A DNA stretch of 64,000 nt from Octopus vulgaris (lineage: Eukaryota). The position numbers were made by a program, and so were the translations under genes. The notes under the pieces were generated by a model. The model made no database searches, was not told the DNA's origin, and worked only from the letters and a program-made list of their open reading frames with translations. The stretch covers positions 15,624,001 to 15,688,000 of the forward strand of contig OX597824.1 of NCBI GenBank assembly GCA_951406725.2, read 5' to 3'. This document shows, in pieces, positions 15,119 to 28,985 of the stretch; the first letter of the stretch is position 1, and each line of letters begins with the position of its first letter.

Positions 15119-15417
15119 TGGAGGCACATTGTCTAGTGGTTAGAGCAGCGGACTAGAGGTCTAGGGATCGCTGGTTCGAATCTCAGACCTGGCGATGTGT
15201 GTGTTTACGAGCGAAAACACCTAAGCTCCACGCGGCTCCGGCAGAAGGTAATGGCGAACATCTGCTGACTCTTTCGCCACAACTTTCTCTCACTCTTTCC
15301 TCCTGCATCTTGCAGAACACCTACGACGGACCGGCGTCCCGTCCAGTTGGGGAACCTATACGCCAAGGAAACCGGGAAACCGGCCCTTCTGAGCCAGGCA
15401 TGGCTCGAGAAGGAACA
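15119..15417 (+). mobile_element. SINE family D (tRNA head, 3' region related to family C) with 16-bp TSD
   Basis: A-box-like ...TCTAGTGG and B-box GGTTCGAATC; TSD TACTGCTGATGTGTTG at 15103-15118 and 15418-15433. Confidence 0.88.
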
Positions 15418-16299
15418 TACTGCTGATGTGTTGAAGTTCTCATGTCCCAACTGAAAGATAGCCTCAATTCCTTTTTAGGTGAATCAGAGCAAGTTTAGTG
15501 GTAAGTGTTTTGCTACCATGCGGATGATGTCAGCGCGATGAGGTTTGAAGCAAAATTAGACAGTAACGTTGCATATTTGTGTTCGCCATTAGAAGTTATA
15601 ACTCGTAGGTAGATTTTTACTAGCGTACATAAGAAAGGAATATAGTAGAAATAACAGAGTTTTGGGGGTGACCGAGAAAGCTTGATTAAAGGGTAAGTTG
15701 AAAAGATCTCTCTCAAAGTATGCTTTCAGAGAAGCGGTTGAAAAGGTTTGATCTAAGAGTTGAGATTCGGATTAAGTTCATATGCAGGAAAATTAGCTTG
15801 CAAATTCCCATTCTAGACATCTTTGAGGCTTTGCTAATGTCAAGGATTACAACATTGTTTGCTTAGAAGTTCAGAAGAAAGAAAGATCAAGAGAGATGTT
15901 ATCGAAGAGTTAGTGTCTCCTAGCTTTAATTCGGTGGAGCAGCAGTGGTTGTGAACTTTGTAAAGGGGGAGAGACAGAAGGTGGTGATTGTTCAAGATTG
16001 TCTCTAATTTTTAAAAGTGGGGGATGATTTGTAAGTGGTCGGTGGCTCTGACCTACTTGTTGATTTGTGTACGAGAATGGTACGTAGGAACATGTGAGGA
16101 GTGGTATTATTCTGTCCATTATTCTTTGATGGTGGAAATACCTTTGGTAGCTTAACCATCATTACACTTATATCATTTATGGTGAATCTTAATATCAAAT
16201 GTGTAATTTCTGAACACCTTGTTTCTTCTTTAGTATGAATTCTAAATTTTCAAAAGTGCCTAATCTTAACTTAATCTAGAAGAGATTGTTACCTTTATT

Positions 16300-16612
16300 C
16301 ATTGCAGGCTGACCAGACCATACCCTTTCTAGTTAGATATGACCCAAGATATTTGTAATCAGAAACCATATTTAAGAGCGTATTGTTGAGAGTATGGATG
16401 ATGAAATCACTGTTGGACAGGCACTTGTTTACATATTCAATCTTGGACTCATTGAGGTAAAGACCTACACAATTTGAGGCTTGTTCAAGAGATTATAAAA
16501 GAGACTGGGCATTGGGGAGAGAATCACTGATAACTGCGATGTCGTCAGCAAAGTCAGTGTCTGTTAAGTGTTCAGCTGGGTGTCTGGAACTTCTAGGTTT
16601 TATTTCAAAGCC
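16300..16612 (-). pseudogene. Non-LTR retrotransposon reverse transcriptase fragment (RTE-like), disrupted
   Basis: Minus-strand translation ...HLTDTDFADDIAVISDSLPNAQSLL*SLEQASNCVGLYLNESKIEY...DYKYLGSY contains the FADD catalytic motif, the KYLG motif and an in-frame stop. Confidence 0.88.
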
Positions 16613-16727
16613 CTTACCAGAAATGGTATCAACTGACATCCGTAATGCTATGATGGACCATGAAGTCTGGTGTAACATAGTAAAATTCCATTGTCTCGAC
16701 CACGGTCGAACAATGATGATCGTGATG
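16613..16727 (+). mobile_element. 3' terminus of an RTE-like LINE, opposite in orientation to the adjacent RT fragment
   Basis: Plus-strand ...DIRNAMMDHEVWCNIV resembles an RTE ORF C-terminus and is followed by a (TGA)n-like tail. Confidence 0.6.
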
Positions 16728-17168
16728 TCACCTTTATTCTAGTTAACAACCAGAAGAACACCACATGTTTGAATTCACGATAATAGGTTTCCCATTATTG
16801 AATTTCACTTACACGAACGTTTTGAAAAGTGTAAAACTTCCGTAACACGAGGAATACGTGTATGTTATGTTGGAATTGGTACAGCTGGTTTTTTTAGCTC
16901 TTCATTCAGTGATCGCAGTTTCAAATTATGGCAAAAATACTAACAATTTTAGGGGATGCAGTAAGTCGTTTATATCCATTCCAGGACGTGACTGGTGTAT
17001 ATTTTATCGACCCTGAAAGTTGACCTCGACGAAATTACAACGGGATAGAATTCACGAAAGGAAAGCTCTCCAAATATACCCGGCTGTAGAAATTGATACA
17101 AGGCTGTAGAATTGCTAATCAAGAATAGTATTCTAAACATTCACAGGATAATATTCAATATAAACTTA

Positions 17169-17195
17169 GTTTTGGTTGAAAACGACGCAGAAAAA

Positions 17196-17258
<63 letters not shown>

Positions 17259-17285
17259 GTTTTGGTTGAAAACGACGCAGAAAAA

Positions 17286-17362
<77 letters not shown>

Positions 17363-17445
17363 GTCTGTCTGTCTATCTGTCTGTCTGTCTGTCTGTCAGT
17401 CTGTCTGTCTGTCTGTCTGTCTGTCTGCCTGTGTATCTGTCTGTC
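17169..17445. repeat. Duplicated GTTTTGGTTGAAAACGACGCAGAAAAA + (TATC)n, grading into (TGTC)n
   Basis: The same unique stretch occurs at about 17169 and about 17258, each followed by (TATC)n. Confidence 0.85.
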
Positions 17446-18215
17446 TAACTATCTGCGCAATTATATGATTTTTTACGTTATCTTATCAACCCTGCAAGAG
17501 TAAAAAAAGAAAAAAAAAAGAATGTCCTTGGCAGGATTTGAACTCAGAATGCAAAAAATCCAGGAAAAACAAAGCAAAAAACAAACAAAGAAAAAAGAAA
17601 AACAGCAGTTATTTTCGCGAACTCTCTACCGATCCTGCCAATCTAACGCCACCATCGATAAACAAACAACCAACCAAATAAAAAAAAATAGAAAAAAAAA
17701 AACAAACAAAAACAAAAACAAAAAAGTAATGGAGCCGTTCTTTTAGTTTCTTTTATTGAAGAGATTAAACCCCCTTTCGACAGATTATCCGGGGCATCTA
17801 AAATACACATAGGAGGCATGACTGGTTGCCGTTTCAAAATTTACATTCTAACATTTAACATTAGCTTTTGAATAAAAGAAAAAAAACCCAAAAATACAAA
17901 CATTTATTTATTTATTTATTTTGTTGAATATTTTAGAATAAATATATTTCAGAATAACAATGAATATTTTTACAAATCAATCTGCGTTTATTTCTCCTTC
18001 AGGTGAATATTTTAATGTAAATATTTAATGTTGAATACAAGCGTGGCATAATACGACCGACCATATAGGGCATATATGATTGAGCACAATGCCGTTCGCT
18101 CTCAAATCACTTGTCATATGCGCACGCATAACGTATTCAACGATGTACACAAACGCTTACGCACACAGACACACATATGATAAGCGCATATGTGTTACAA
18201 ACGTATATATTATAT

Positions 18216-18301
<86 letters not shown>

Positions 18302-18444
18302 ATATATATATGTATATACGACAATATATATACATATGTAAATATGTGTGTATGTATAAATATAAAACAATATATACATATATGTAAATATATGTGTGTG
18401 TATAAATATAAAACAATATATATATATATATGAATGTATGTGTG

Positions 18445-18491
<47 letters not shown>

Positions 18492-18551
18492 GTGCAGAAA
18501 TATATATTTGCATGTATGTGGGTGAGTGCCTGTGTCTAGGAACACACACAC

Positions 18552-18625
<74 letters not shown>

Positions 18626-18743
18626 ACATCACAGAATGAAAATGGAAGAGAAATGAGAAAAAGATGGGCTAATTAAGAAGTAAACACTATCTCTCTCCCC
18701 CCCTCTCTCTCTCTCTTTCTCTCTCTCTCTATATATATATCTA

Positions 18744-18793
<50 letters not shown>

Positions 18794-18813
18794 ATTATCT
18801 ATCTATCTATTTA

Positions 18814-18881
<68 letters not shown>

Positions 18882-19074
18882 CATATACATATATGGGTAG
18901 TTGGATAGAGAGACAGATCGATAGATAAAGAGGTAGATAGACACACACACACACATATATACACATATTAATCCACATATATGTGTGTGTGTCTATGTAT
19001 AATAATTATATACATCTCTCTGTCTCTCTGTCTCTCTGTCTCTCTCGCTCTCTTTCTCTCTCTCTCTCTCTCTC

Positions 19075-19243
<169 letters not shown>

Positions 19244-19412
19244 GAAAAGACAATTTTTGTTTATTGAAGCACTTCAAGTCCATTCAAATGTAGCCACGTC
19301 CTTCGTCTCCTTTGTAAATCTCTGACTTACTATAGAGTAAAAGCCGGATAAACATAACGTAATACGTATATTACACACAACTACAGCACCCACTCACACA
19401 CACATAAAGAGA

Positions 19413-19457
<45 letters not shown>

Positions 19458-19706
19458 GATATATTATATTTAAAGTGTAGTAATTTGTATATATACTAAA
19501 TATGTCCATATATAAATACATATATGTGTGTATTCCAATTCGATGCGTGGCCCCAATCCAATCCCATATATATATATATATAATCAACTAATAAGGGTGA
19601 GAAAATTGGATACTAATTTAATAGTACCATCAATTTAACACCAAGTGGCTTAGTGCATAAAAACCGGGAATACAATAAATTTTATACGTAAATATAAGAG
19701 AGTGAC

Positions 19707-19760
<54 letters not shown>

Positions 19761-20215
19761 GCATATATATACATGTTATGTTGTACATTTATGTGTATCA
19801 GAGAAAGAGTATGCGTGTGTGTGTGTGTGTGTGTGCCTATAAGCAACTAACTGTTGAGAAGAAATGTATGAATGAAAACTAGAATACACAACGTTTACTG
19901 CAGTTGTATTCATAGTCGCAGAAACAATGGAATTCGTCCTATCCACCCCCACCCCACCCTACAAAAAAACAACAACAACATAATAACAACGAAAAATTAA
20001 AATATAAATGAATAAATAAAGGAATACAAACAATGACAAAAAAAAATCAAGAAAAATTAATAACACGAAAAATAAAGTTGAAATAAGAAATAAAATAAAG
20101 AAAATATTTTTAAAAATAAAAAAAAATTACCAGAAGCAATTTATTATGATAATTCGTCATTGTTAATACATCTCCACCTCCATTTATACACAATTGAAAA
20201 CTCCTGGCTGTGTGT

Positions 20216-20259
<44 letters not shown>

Positions 20260-20633
20260 TCATACACAAGTATACGTATGTAGTTTGTATTTTCTCATCA
20301 CATCTCCACATACACACACACACACACACTCTTTCTCTGACTCCCTGTCTCTCTCACCCATACATACACACACATACATGCACACATACTCATCTACACT
20401 TGCGCATACATACACGCAGGGACACGCGTACACACGCGCACACACGCATACACACTCACATACAGATAGATACACATCTGTAGCTATACTTAGCTCTAAA
20501 GTAATTTGTATAGCTATTTATCTATGTTGACATCTTCATGTAGAATGCACAGATATATATATTTATGCGCACACATGTACATACACACACCACCCCATAT
20601 ATATATATATACTTACTTATATTTACTACCCCT

Positions 20634-21203
20634 TATGGGTAGTAAAGAAATGGGTATTTCGTCTGCCGCTACGTTCTGAGTTCAAATTTCGCCGAGGTCG
20701 ACTTTGCCTTTCATCATTTAGGGGTCGATTAAATAAGTACCAATTACGCACTGAGGTCGATATAATCGATTTAATCCGTTTGTCTGTCCTTGTTTGTCCC
20801 CTCTGTGCGTAGCCCCTTATGGGTAGTAAAGAAATAGGTATTTCGTCTGCCGCTGCGTTCTGAGTTCAAATTCCGCCAAGGTCGACTTTGCCTTTCATCC
20901 TTCCGGGGTCGATTTATAGGCAAAGACAAGGATTTAGATGTTTTTTCCGGTAGTCTCTCTTCTAAATTAAACGTTTACAAAATGATCAAAACTTTATCAC
21001 AATGATTCGAAATCTATTTATATACCGAAAAATACCGTTTATGACCCTCACTAAAATATCATCTGACGGCGACATCGACAATCGGGGTCGATTAAATAAG
21101 TACCAGTTACGCACTGGGGTCGATATATAATCGACTTAATCCATTTGTCTGTCCTTGTTTGTCCTTTCTGTGTTTAGCCCCTTGTGGGTAGTAAAGAAAT
21201 AGG
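20634..21203 (+). mobile_element. Head-to-tail SINE-B array containing a 168-bp captured segment
   Basis: Repeated headless B units; insert at 20915-21082 bounded by CGGGGTCGATT on both sides. Confidence 0.85.
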
Positions 21204-21390
21204 TTTCTAGTTGGATAAGTCAACCACAGTTCTGTGTATAGTTGTACCTGATTGTAATGGTGCCAATATGCATGCTGGCGAGTGTGTAGATGTTTGTCTG
21301 TGCCTCCGAGTAGAAATGGCTTTAACCAAAGACACGAGAGACGCAAACTGAAGAATATGGCTTGTGTTTCAGAGCAACACTAGTAAATTC

Positions 21391-21610
21391 TCTTTTACTC
21401 TTTTACTCTTTTACTTGTTTCAGTCACTTGACTATGGCCATGCTGGAGCACCGCCTTTAGTCGAGCAACTCGACCCTGGGACTTATTCTTTTTGTAAGCC
21501 CAGTACTTATTCTATCGGTGTCTTTTTGCCGAACCGCTAAGTGACGGGGGCGTAAACACACCGACGTCAGTTGCCAAGTGATGGTGGGGGGGACAAACAC
21601 TGAGACAAAA

Positions 21611-21647
<37 letters not shown>

Positions 21648-22068
21648 TATATTCTTTTACTCTTTTACTCGTTTCAGTCATTTGACTATGGCCATGCTGG
21701 AGCACCGCCTTTAGTCGAGCAAATCGACCCCAGGACTTATTCTTTGGAAGCCTAGTACTTATTCTATCGGTGTCTTTTGCCGAACCGCTAAGTTACGGGG
21801 ATGTAAACACACCAGCATCGGTTGTCAAGTGATTTTTTTTTTGTGGGGGAGACAATAACAGACACACAAACATATACACACACATACATAAATATGCATA
21901 TATACGACGGGCTTCTTTCAGTTTCCGTCTACCAAATCCACTTACAAGGCTTTGGTCGCCCCGATGCTATAGTAGAAGACACTGGCCAAAGGTGCCACGC
22001 AGTGGGACTGGTCACGGAACCATGTAGTTGGTAAGCAAGCTACTTACCAACACAGCCACTCCTACGCC
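21391..22068 (-). mobile_element. SINE family A with tandemly duplicated 3' half
   Basis: Full minus-strand copy at about 21653-22068 plus an extra 3' half at about 21391-21612. Confidence 0.88.
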
Positions 22069-22724
22069 TACATGATAACCGTTTTCTGTATCTTGATTTC
22101 TTGATCAAGACATCTAACTCTGCTTGCCTTTCGGAGGAAACAAATTAAATCATATTCTTATTGAGAGTAGCACGGTTGTATGCTATGCAAGTTCGTATCC
22201 CGCTACTGGCATTAGATTAATAGCATTGCAGAGTATAATTAACAAAAAGGGTAATTAACTTTATATGCCATCCTCTTCCCTTCTTTCTACAATCAGACAA
22301 CGAGAGGTTTCATGCTTAATTAAGAAATAATTATGTTAAATAATGCGTTGCCGTATCTATGCGCCCGTACGCTTGTATGTATGCAGTTGTGTGTATGCTT
22401 GTGTGTATGCAGTTTGTATGAATGCATGAATGTGTGTATGTATGTGTGCTTGTGTACGAATTAATATATTCAATATAGTAAACGTGTAACATAAAACATT
22501 GCAATGCTTCTGTATATTGTCAATCTTTAAAAAGCGACAGGCGGTAGCAAAACAAGTGATTGCTATATAACCCAGTGAATCATCTATAGTAATACTTCAC
22601 TTTACGAGGACTCGCTTTACGAGATCTCAGGTTTAAGAGCTTTATTTTCCAAGCACAAAATCGAAATTTTGAACGAAGTGCAAAAATTTCTACAACCATA
22701 ACAACCACAAGTGCCACAAGTATA

Positions 22725-23136
22725 GGCGGGGGAGTGGTTGTGAGGCAAGTAGCTAGCTTACCAACCACATGGTTCCGGGTTCAGTCCCACTACGTGGTAC
22801 CTTCGGCAAGTGTCTTCTACTATAGCCTTGGGCCGACCAAAGCCTTGTGAGTGGTTTGGTAGACGGAAACTGAAAGAAGCTCGTCGTGTATATGTATATA
22901 TATATGTGTGTGTTTGTATGTTTGTGTGTCTGTGTTTGCCCCCTCGCACCTCGACCATCGCTCGACAACCGATGCTGGTGTGTTTACGTTCCCCGTAACT
23001 TAGCGGTTCGGCTAAAAGAGACCGATAGAATAAGTACTAGGCTTACAAAGAATAAGTCCTGGGGTCGATTTGCTCGACTAAAAAGGCGGTGCTCCAGCAT
23101 GGTCGCAGTCAAATGACAGAAACGGGTAAAAGAGTA
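22725..23136 (+). mobile_element. SINE family A, full length
   Basis: End-to-end match to 679-1126. Confidence 0.9.
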
Positions 23137-23361
23137 AGTCCGCCTATGAGTGCTTGTGAATTGGCAATCGCGTCTCAAAGTGATGATGTGCGCGAGTCTA
23201 ATGCGAGTGGAAGTGATTCAGAAAACGATTATGATAATATTTTTTTTATTATAAATGATCTTGACATTCTTTTTACTTTACATAAAATATTCTTTACATT
23301 CTACATTCTTTACATTCTAATGTACAATCTACATTGGATTCTACTTTGCATTCTAACGTTG

Positions 23362-23647
23362 CCCTTTACAAGCCTAGCCAGGCTCATGGGCCCGGTTTCC
23401 CTGCTTCTATGGCGTATGTGTTACCCCCAACTGGACGGGACGCCAGTCCATCGCAGCGTTACTCAAGAAAAAGGAAGAGAGAGTAAGAGGAAGTTGTGGC
23501 GAAAGAGTACAGAAGCGATCGCACCCCCCCTCGCCGGAGCTTTTAGGTGTTTTCGCTCAATAAACACACACAATGCCCGGTCTGGGAATCGAAACTGCAA
23601 TCCTCCGACCGCGAGTCCACTGCCCAAACCACTGGGCCATAGCGCCT
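23362..23647 (-). mobile_element. SINE family D
   Basis: Reverse-complement similarity to 15119-15417; 3' end shared with family C. Confidence 0.82.
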
Positions 23648-24622
23648 CTACACTGTACATTCTACTGCCATTTATTTACGAGCATTATAAATTTCATAGG
23701 TAAAAAATTTTCTGGGAACGAATTACGATTAAAAACATTATTACTATGGGAAATTATTGCTCTGCTTTACGAGTTTTCGCTTCACTAGCGGCCTCCGGGG
23801 AAAATTGCTGTATATTTCACCAGTTTTTAAAATTTATTTTCCAAAAATCCACACCCACGATCGCTGCCATTGTTAATAAAGATGTTATTTTAAGCGCTGA
23901 CGCGACCTCATTAGGTTGGTAGATACGCTAGTTGTGACCGTGAATGGGAAATGAGAAGACGTATCGGTCGAGAAGATCGATCGTATGGTTGTGTGGTTAA
24001 GACATTTGCTCTGTAACCACATAGTGGTGGATCTGAGTTCGATTCCAGTATGAGCCAAATTAGGGAAACTGTGTAGAAGAGTTAGTGCTGACAATGAATT
24101 GAGAATGAAATTTCTAAGATAGAATAAGTCGGGAAATGCAACACATATATTTGTGAATGTGTAAAAGAAAAAAAAAAAACAAGATCGGGTCATTCGGAGT
24201 TTACTTTCTTCAGTCGAGTTCCAGAATATCTTTGCAATTTCGGCTGGTTATACTCGAGATTCCTCCAATCTGGCCAGCTCCAAGGAAAAACTAAGCTAAG
24301 ATCACTAGATTCCTTGGAAGAAAGCAGCGAATGTAGACGAAAACAAGGACGGAAAAAACGGAGAAATGGTACACAAATACAAATGCAAATAGGTGTTTGT
24401 GTATTATATATATGTATGAGTGTGTGTGTACATATATAAATATATATATATATATCTGTGTGTTTGCATGAAATATGCACTTGGCTGCCGAGTGTAATGA
24501 TTACAATATTCGGCTCATGATCATAACGACTGGATTTCAATACCCAGGGTTTCTGCAGAGTTTTTCATTTCACATTAATCTATTCCACTCAGCTGAAAAT
24601 TATGCTAACCAAGTAATGGTGC

Positions 24623-24685
<63 letters not shown>

Positions 24686-25040
24686 CTCTCTCTCCCTCTC
24701 TCCCCGCCTGTCACAGCTTTCACTACGCAGCCGGTTCGCAGTTGAAGGAAGTAGCTGAGAAGGAGTCTATGCCATCTTGCCAAGGCACGATACATCTTTT
24801 TTTTTTCCGAGCCGTACTTCAGTCGCGCGTGAAAGCTGGGTGTACTTTTTGCTTGGAAATACCCCCCCCACACGTACGCACGCACGCAGGCACCCCCCCA
24901 CACACACATACACACACGCACAAACACACACATATACGCATATATTATATGAAAGTATATATTGATATATCAATTTTAAGTATATATATATATATATATA
25001 TACATACATAAGGGTGTGTGTATATATATATATATATTTA

Positions 25041-25140
25041 TTTATTGCCCACAAGGAACTAAACATAGAGGGGACAAACAAGGACAGACAAAGGGATTAA
25101 GTCGATTACATCGACCCCAGTGCGTAACAGGTACTTTATT
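25041..25140 (-). mobile_element. SINE family B, 3' fragment
   Basis: Reverse-complement match to SINE-B tail 1. Confidence 0.8.
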
Positions 25141-25152
25141 TATTTATATATA

Positions 25153-25194
<42 letters not shown>

Positions 25195-25195
25195 A

Positions 25196-25442
25196 GGCGC
25201 GTGGCTTAGTGGTTAGGGCATTTGGCTCACGATTGTAAGGTCATGAGTTCAATTCCCGGCAACACTTTGTGTCCTTGAGCAAGATCCTTTATTTCACGTT
25301 GCTGCAGTCCACTCAGCTGGCAGAAATAAGTAGTACCTGTATTTCAGAAGGCCAGCCGTGTCACACTCTATATCACGCTGATTCTCCCTCAGAACTACGT
25401 TAAAGCTACACGTGTCTGCGGAGTACTCAGCCACTTGCACGT
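25196..25442 (+). mobile_element. SINE family C head with an alternative 3' tail
   Basis: GGCGCGTGGCTTAGTGG A-box, GAGTTCAATTCCC B-box, TGTGTCCTTGAGCAAG segment; 3' part differs from 11672 and 29970. Confidence 0.82.
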
Positions 25443-25819
25443 ATACGTATGTGTATATAAATGTATGTCGTGTGTGTGTGTGTAAGTACTGTGAGCGTCT
25501 ATTGGAGCATGTGCGAATGTTGGACTTTGTGAATGAAATAATACACAAAGGGGTATATATATATATATGTATATGCATGTATGTATGTATATATATATAT
25601 GGCTATATATGCATATATATATATATGGATATTATATATATATTTATAGATATATTTATATACATGCATACACACACATATATATGGGTGTTAAACATTG
25701 CGGTATTTAACTTGCACAAACACTCACACACACGCACGCACATATATACATACAAACATAAAGAGATATACATATATATATATATAAATGTATATATGTG
25801 TGTATGTATGTGTATATAC

Positions 25820-25870
<51 letters not shown>

Positions 25871-25882
25871 CGTGTATGTATA

Positions 25883-25953
<71 letters not shown>

Positions 25954-26292
25954 CGCCATTTGCGTGCTAGAAGTCTTTTGTGTTGTGGGCTTTACGTCAG
26001 CTAATGCAGTTGTGTATGTGAATACAGGCTGAAAACTCAATGACAGAACGTATTGAGAGTATGGAAACACGTACAAGACCTAATTTAAACATTACGAAAC
26101 AATGTACATGATATGCGACCAAGAATAATACACAAAGAAGCAGAGAAGAGAATAGAACTATATATCTGCCGGTTTTGTCTCTATGGCCTTCCGTATGTCA
26201 TGCGTCTGACTATTTATACATATGCCCTCGTACTGATAAACAACACTCTTTCCCCTCTCTCACTAGCTCTCACCGTCTCCCGCCTCTCCCGC

Positions 26293-26331
<39 letters not shown>

Positions 26332-26398
26332 TACGCATGGATTTATATACATATCTCATTACAGGTGAACAAACGTAGGATTTATGTATTGACATCTG

Positions 26399-26445
<47 letters not shown>

Positions 26446-26663
26446 CCACACATATATATATAGATATATAAAAATGCATATATAATGAACTTGCTTATAA
26501 CTAGACACACACACATACATATATATATATATGCTTATGAGTATATTTGCATATATATTACATAATATATACACATAAGTGGACATATATGTGTATATAT
26601 ATATATATATATATAAATATATATGCATAACTATACAATAAAGTAATATTTTAAACAGTGTAC

Positions 26664-26721
<58 letters not shown>

Positions 26722-26804
26722 CTCTATCTATATAACTACTTATCTGACTGTTTGTCTGTCTCTCTCTGCCCCTGTCTATCCCTATCTCCCTGTCTCTTCC
26801 ACCT

Positions 26805-26845
<41 letters not shown>

Positions 26846-26866
26846 TGTTTATGAATTTGTGTTGCA

Positions 26867-26930
<64 letters not shown>

Positions 26931-27135
26931 GTATGCATATATATGTATATATATGAATATATAAAATATATATATATATATACACACATCTATGTATATA
27001 TGTACATACACACACAAACTCAGCGCACACGCACACACACACACACACACCTACACGCACACAAACGCTCAGGTGCGTGAGTATACAAACAATTTGCATT
27101 TTTAAATTGACATATTCACAAAATCACACACTGAA

Positions 27136-27211
<76 letters not shown>

Positions 27212-27669
27212 TACGTCTGTATATACGCTATAAACGTACCTATATCTTCACACTTGTAGACACAGTTCCCGTGTATAAATACATTTTTTCCAGTATATTT
27301 CCAAGCGCTTTTCCCCGTATACAGCTTGAGATCAACGTTGCAGTGTATGGGAGTAGGGTGGCGGACATTAAGTACAGTTTTCTAGGCTGTATGGATATCT
27401 GTAGCAATTTTATGCCAAATTTAACACAGTTGGCAGAAATATAAGTGTTTATAAATACATATATGTAAGTGTGTGTGTGTGTGTGTGCGTGTGTAAACGA
27501 AGGTACAGATTTGTATACGTAAATATATGCACATATATGTATATCTGTATATATATATATATATATATATAAATATATATATACATATATGTATATATAT
27601 ATAAATATATGTATATATATATACATATATAAATATATATATATATACATATATGTATATATATATAAA

Positions 27670-27722
<53 letters not shown>

Positions 27723-28024
27723 ACATGTATATAAGTATATAAGTATTTGTGCGTAAATATAAATATATACATATATGTATACCTATATATAAACATATAT
27801 ATGTGTTTATATATATATATGCAAACATATATATGTATGTCTATATATATGTATATGCGTAAATATATTTACCTATACATATATAGATATACATATGTGT
27901 ATATATATGCATATATATATGTATATATATATGTATATATATTTACCTATGTATATGTAATTTATATGTGTATACTGAAATGCAAGTATGAATACATATA
28001 CATCGATGTTAAGAAATATACATT

Positions 28025-28083
<59 letters not shown>

Positions 28084-28261
28084 TGTATGTATATATATGT
28101 ACACTTATATGTGTATGTCCGTGTGTTTAGAGAGAAAGAGAGGTAATGAGAGGCGACTGGAAAAGGCAAAGAGAGAATGAGCAGTATTGTGTAAACATTA
28201 TAGCGAACCAAGCGTTATGTTCAATTAAACAACTCTGTATCTATACACTGTGTCTCTCTTT

Positions 28262-28330
<69 letters not shown>

Positions 28331-28506
28331 TTGTGTTTGTGTGTGTGTGCGTAATTTTTCCTTTGAGAATAGTATGGATTCAGACACACAAATAGATTGT
28401 TTTAACTTTCAGTTATTCAGTTATTTGAACATGGTGTGCACTAATTTAAAGTACTAAAGTACTAAAGTACTATACTCGTATTTGTGTATCTCTGTTTTTG
28501 AGTATG

Positions 28507-28579
<73 letters not shown>

Positions 28580-28581
28580 AA

Positions 28582-28940
28582 GGCGCAGGAGTGGCTGTGT
28601 GGTAAGTGGCTTGTTTACCAACCACATGGTCCCGGCTTCAGTCCCACTGCGTGGCACCTTGGGCAAGTGTCTTCTACTATAGCCTGTCGTATATATGTAT
28701 ATACATATATTTATATGTATGTGTGTATATGTTTGTGTGTCTGTGTGTGTCTCCCTAGCATTGCTTGACAACCGATGCTGGTGTGTTTACGTCCCCGTCA
28801 CTTAGCGGTTCGGCAAAAGAGAACGATAGAATAAGTACTGGGTTTACAAAGAATAAATCCCGGGGTCGATTTGCTCGACTAAAGGCGGTGCTCCAGCATG
28901 GCCGCAGTCAAATGACTGAAACAAGTAAAAGAGTAAAAGA

Positions 28941-28942
<2 letters not shown>
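28582..28942 (+). mobile_element. SINE family A with internal deletion
   Basis: Matches 679-1126 except for about 55 bp lost between two AGCC motifs. Confidence 0.88.

Positions 28943-28985
<43 letters not shown>

Larger units (their letters stand above)
22587..23810. mobile_element. Probable degenerate pogo/Tigger-like DNA transposon interrupted by two SINEs
   Basis: TA-flanked degenerate termini (TA|TAGTAAT ... ATTGCTG|TA) and repeated subterminal CTTTACGAG motifs near both ends. Confidence 0.4.

Noticed and set aside
15119-15195. tRNA gene-like sequence (also at 25196 and about 23570-23647)
   Set aside because: These are SINE heads continuous with SINE bodies, one with a TSD; no intact cloverleaf is evident.
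23089-23703. 204-aa ORF
   Set aside because: Chimeric read-through of a SINE-A tail, a transposon relic and an antisense SINE-D.
24190-24385. Insert with CCAAGGAA/TTCCTTGG inverted repeat considered as another hammerhead carrier
   Set aside because: No CUGANGA-like core with stem II and palindromic stem III could be assembled on either strand.
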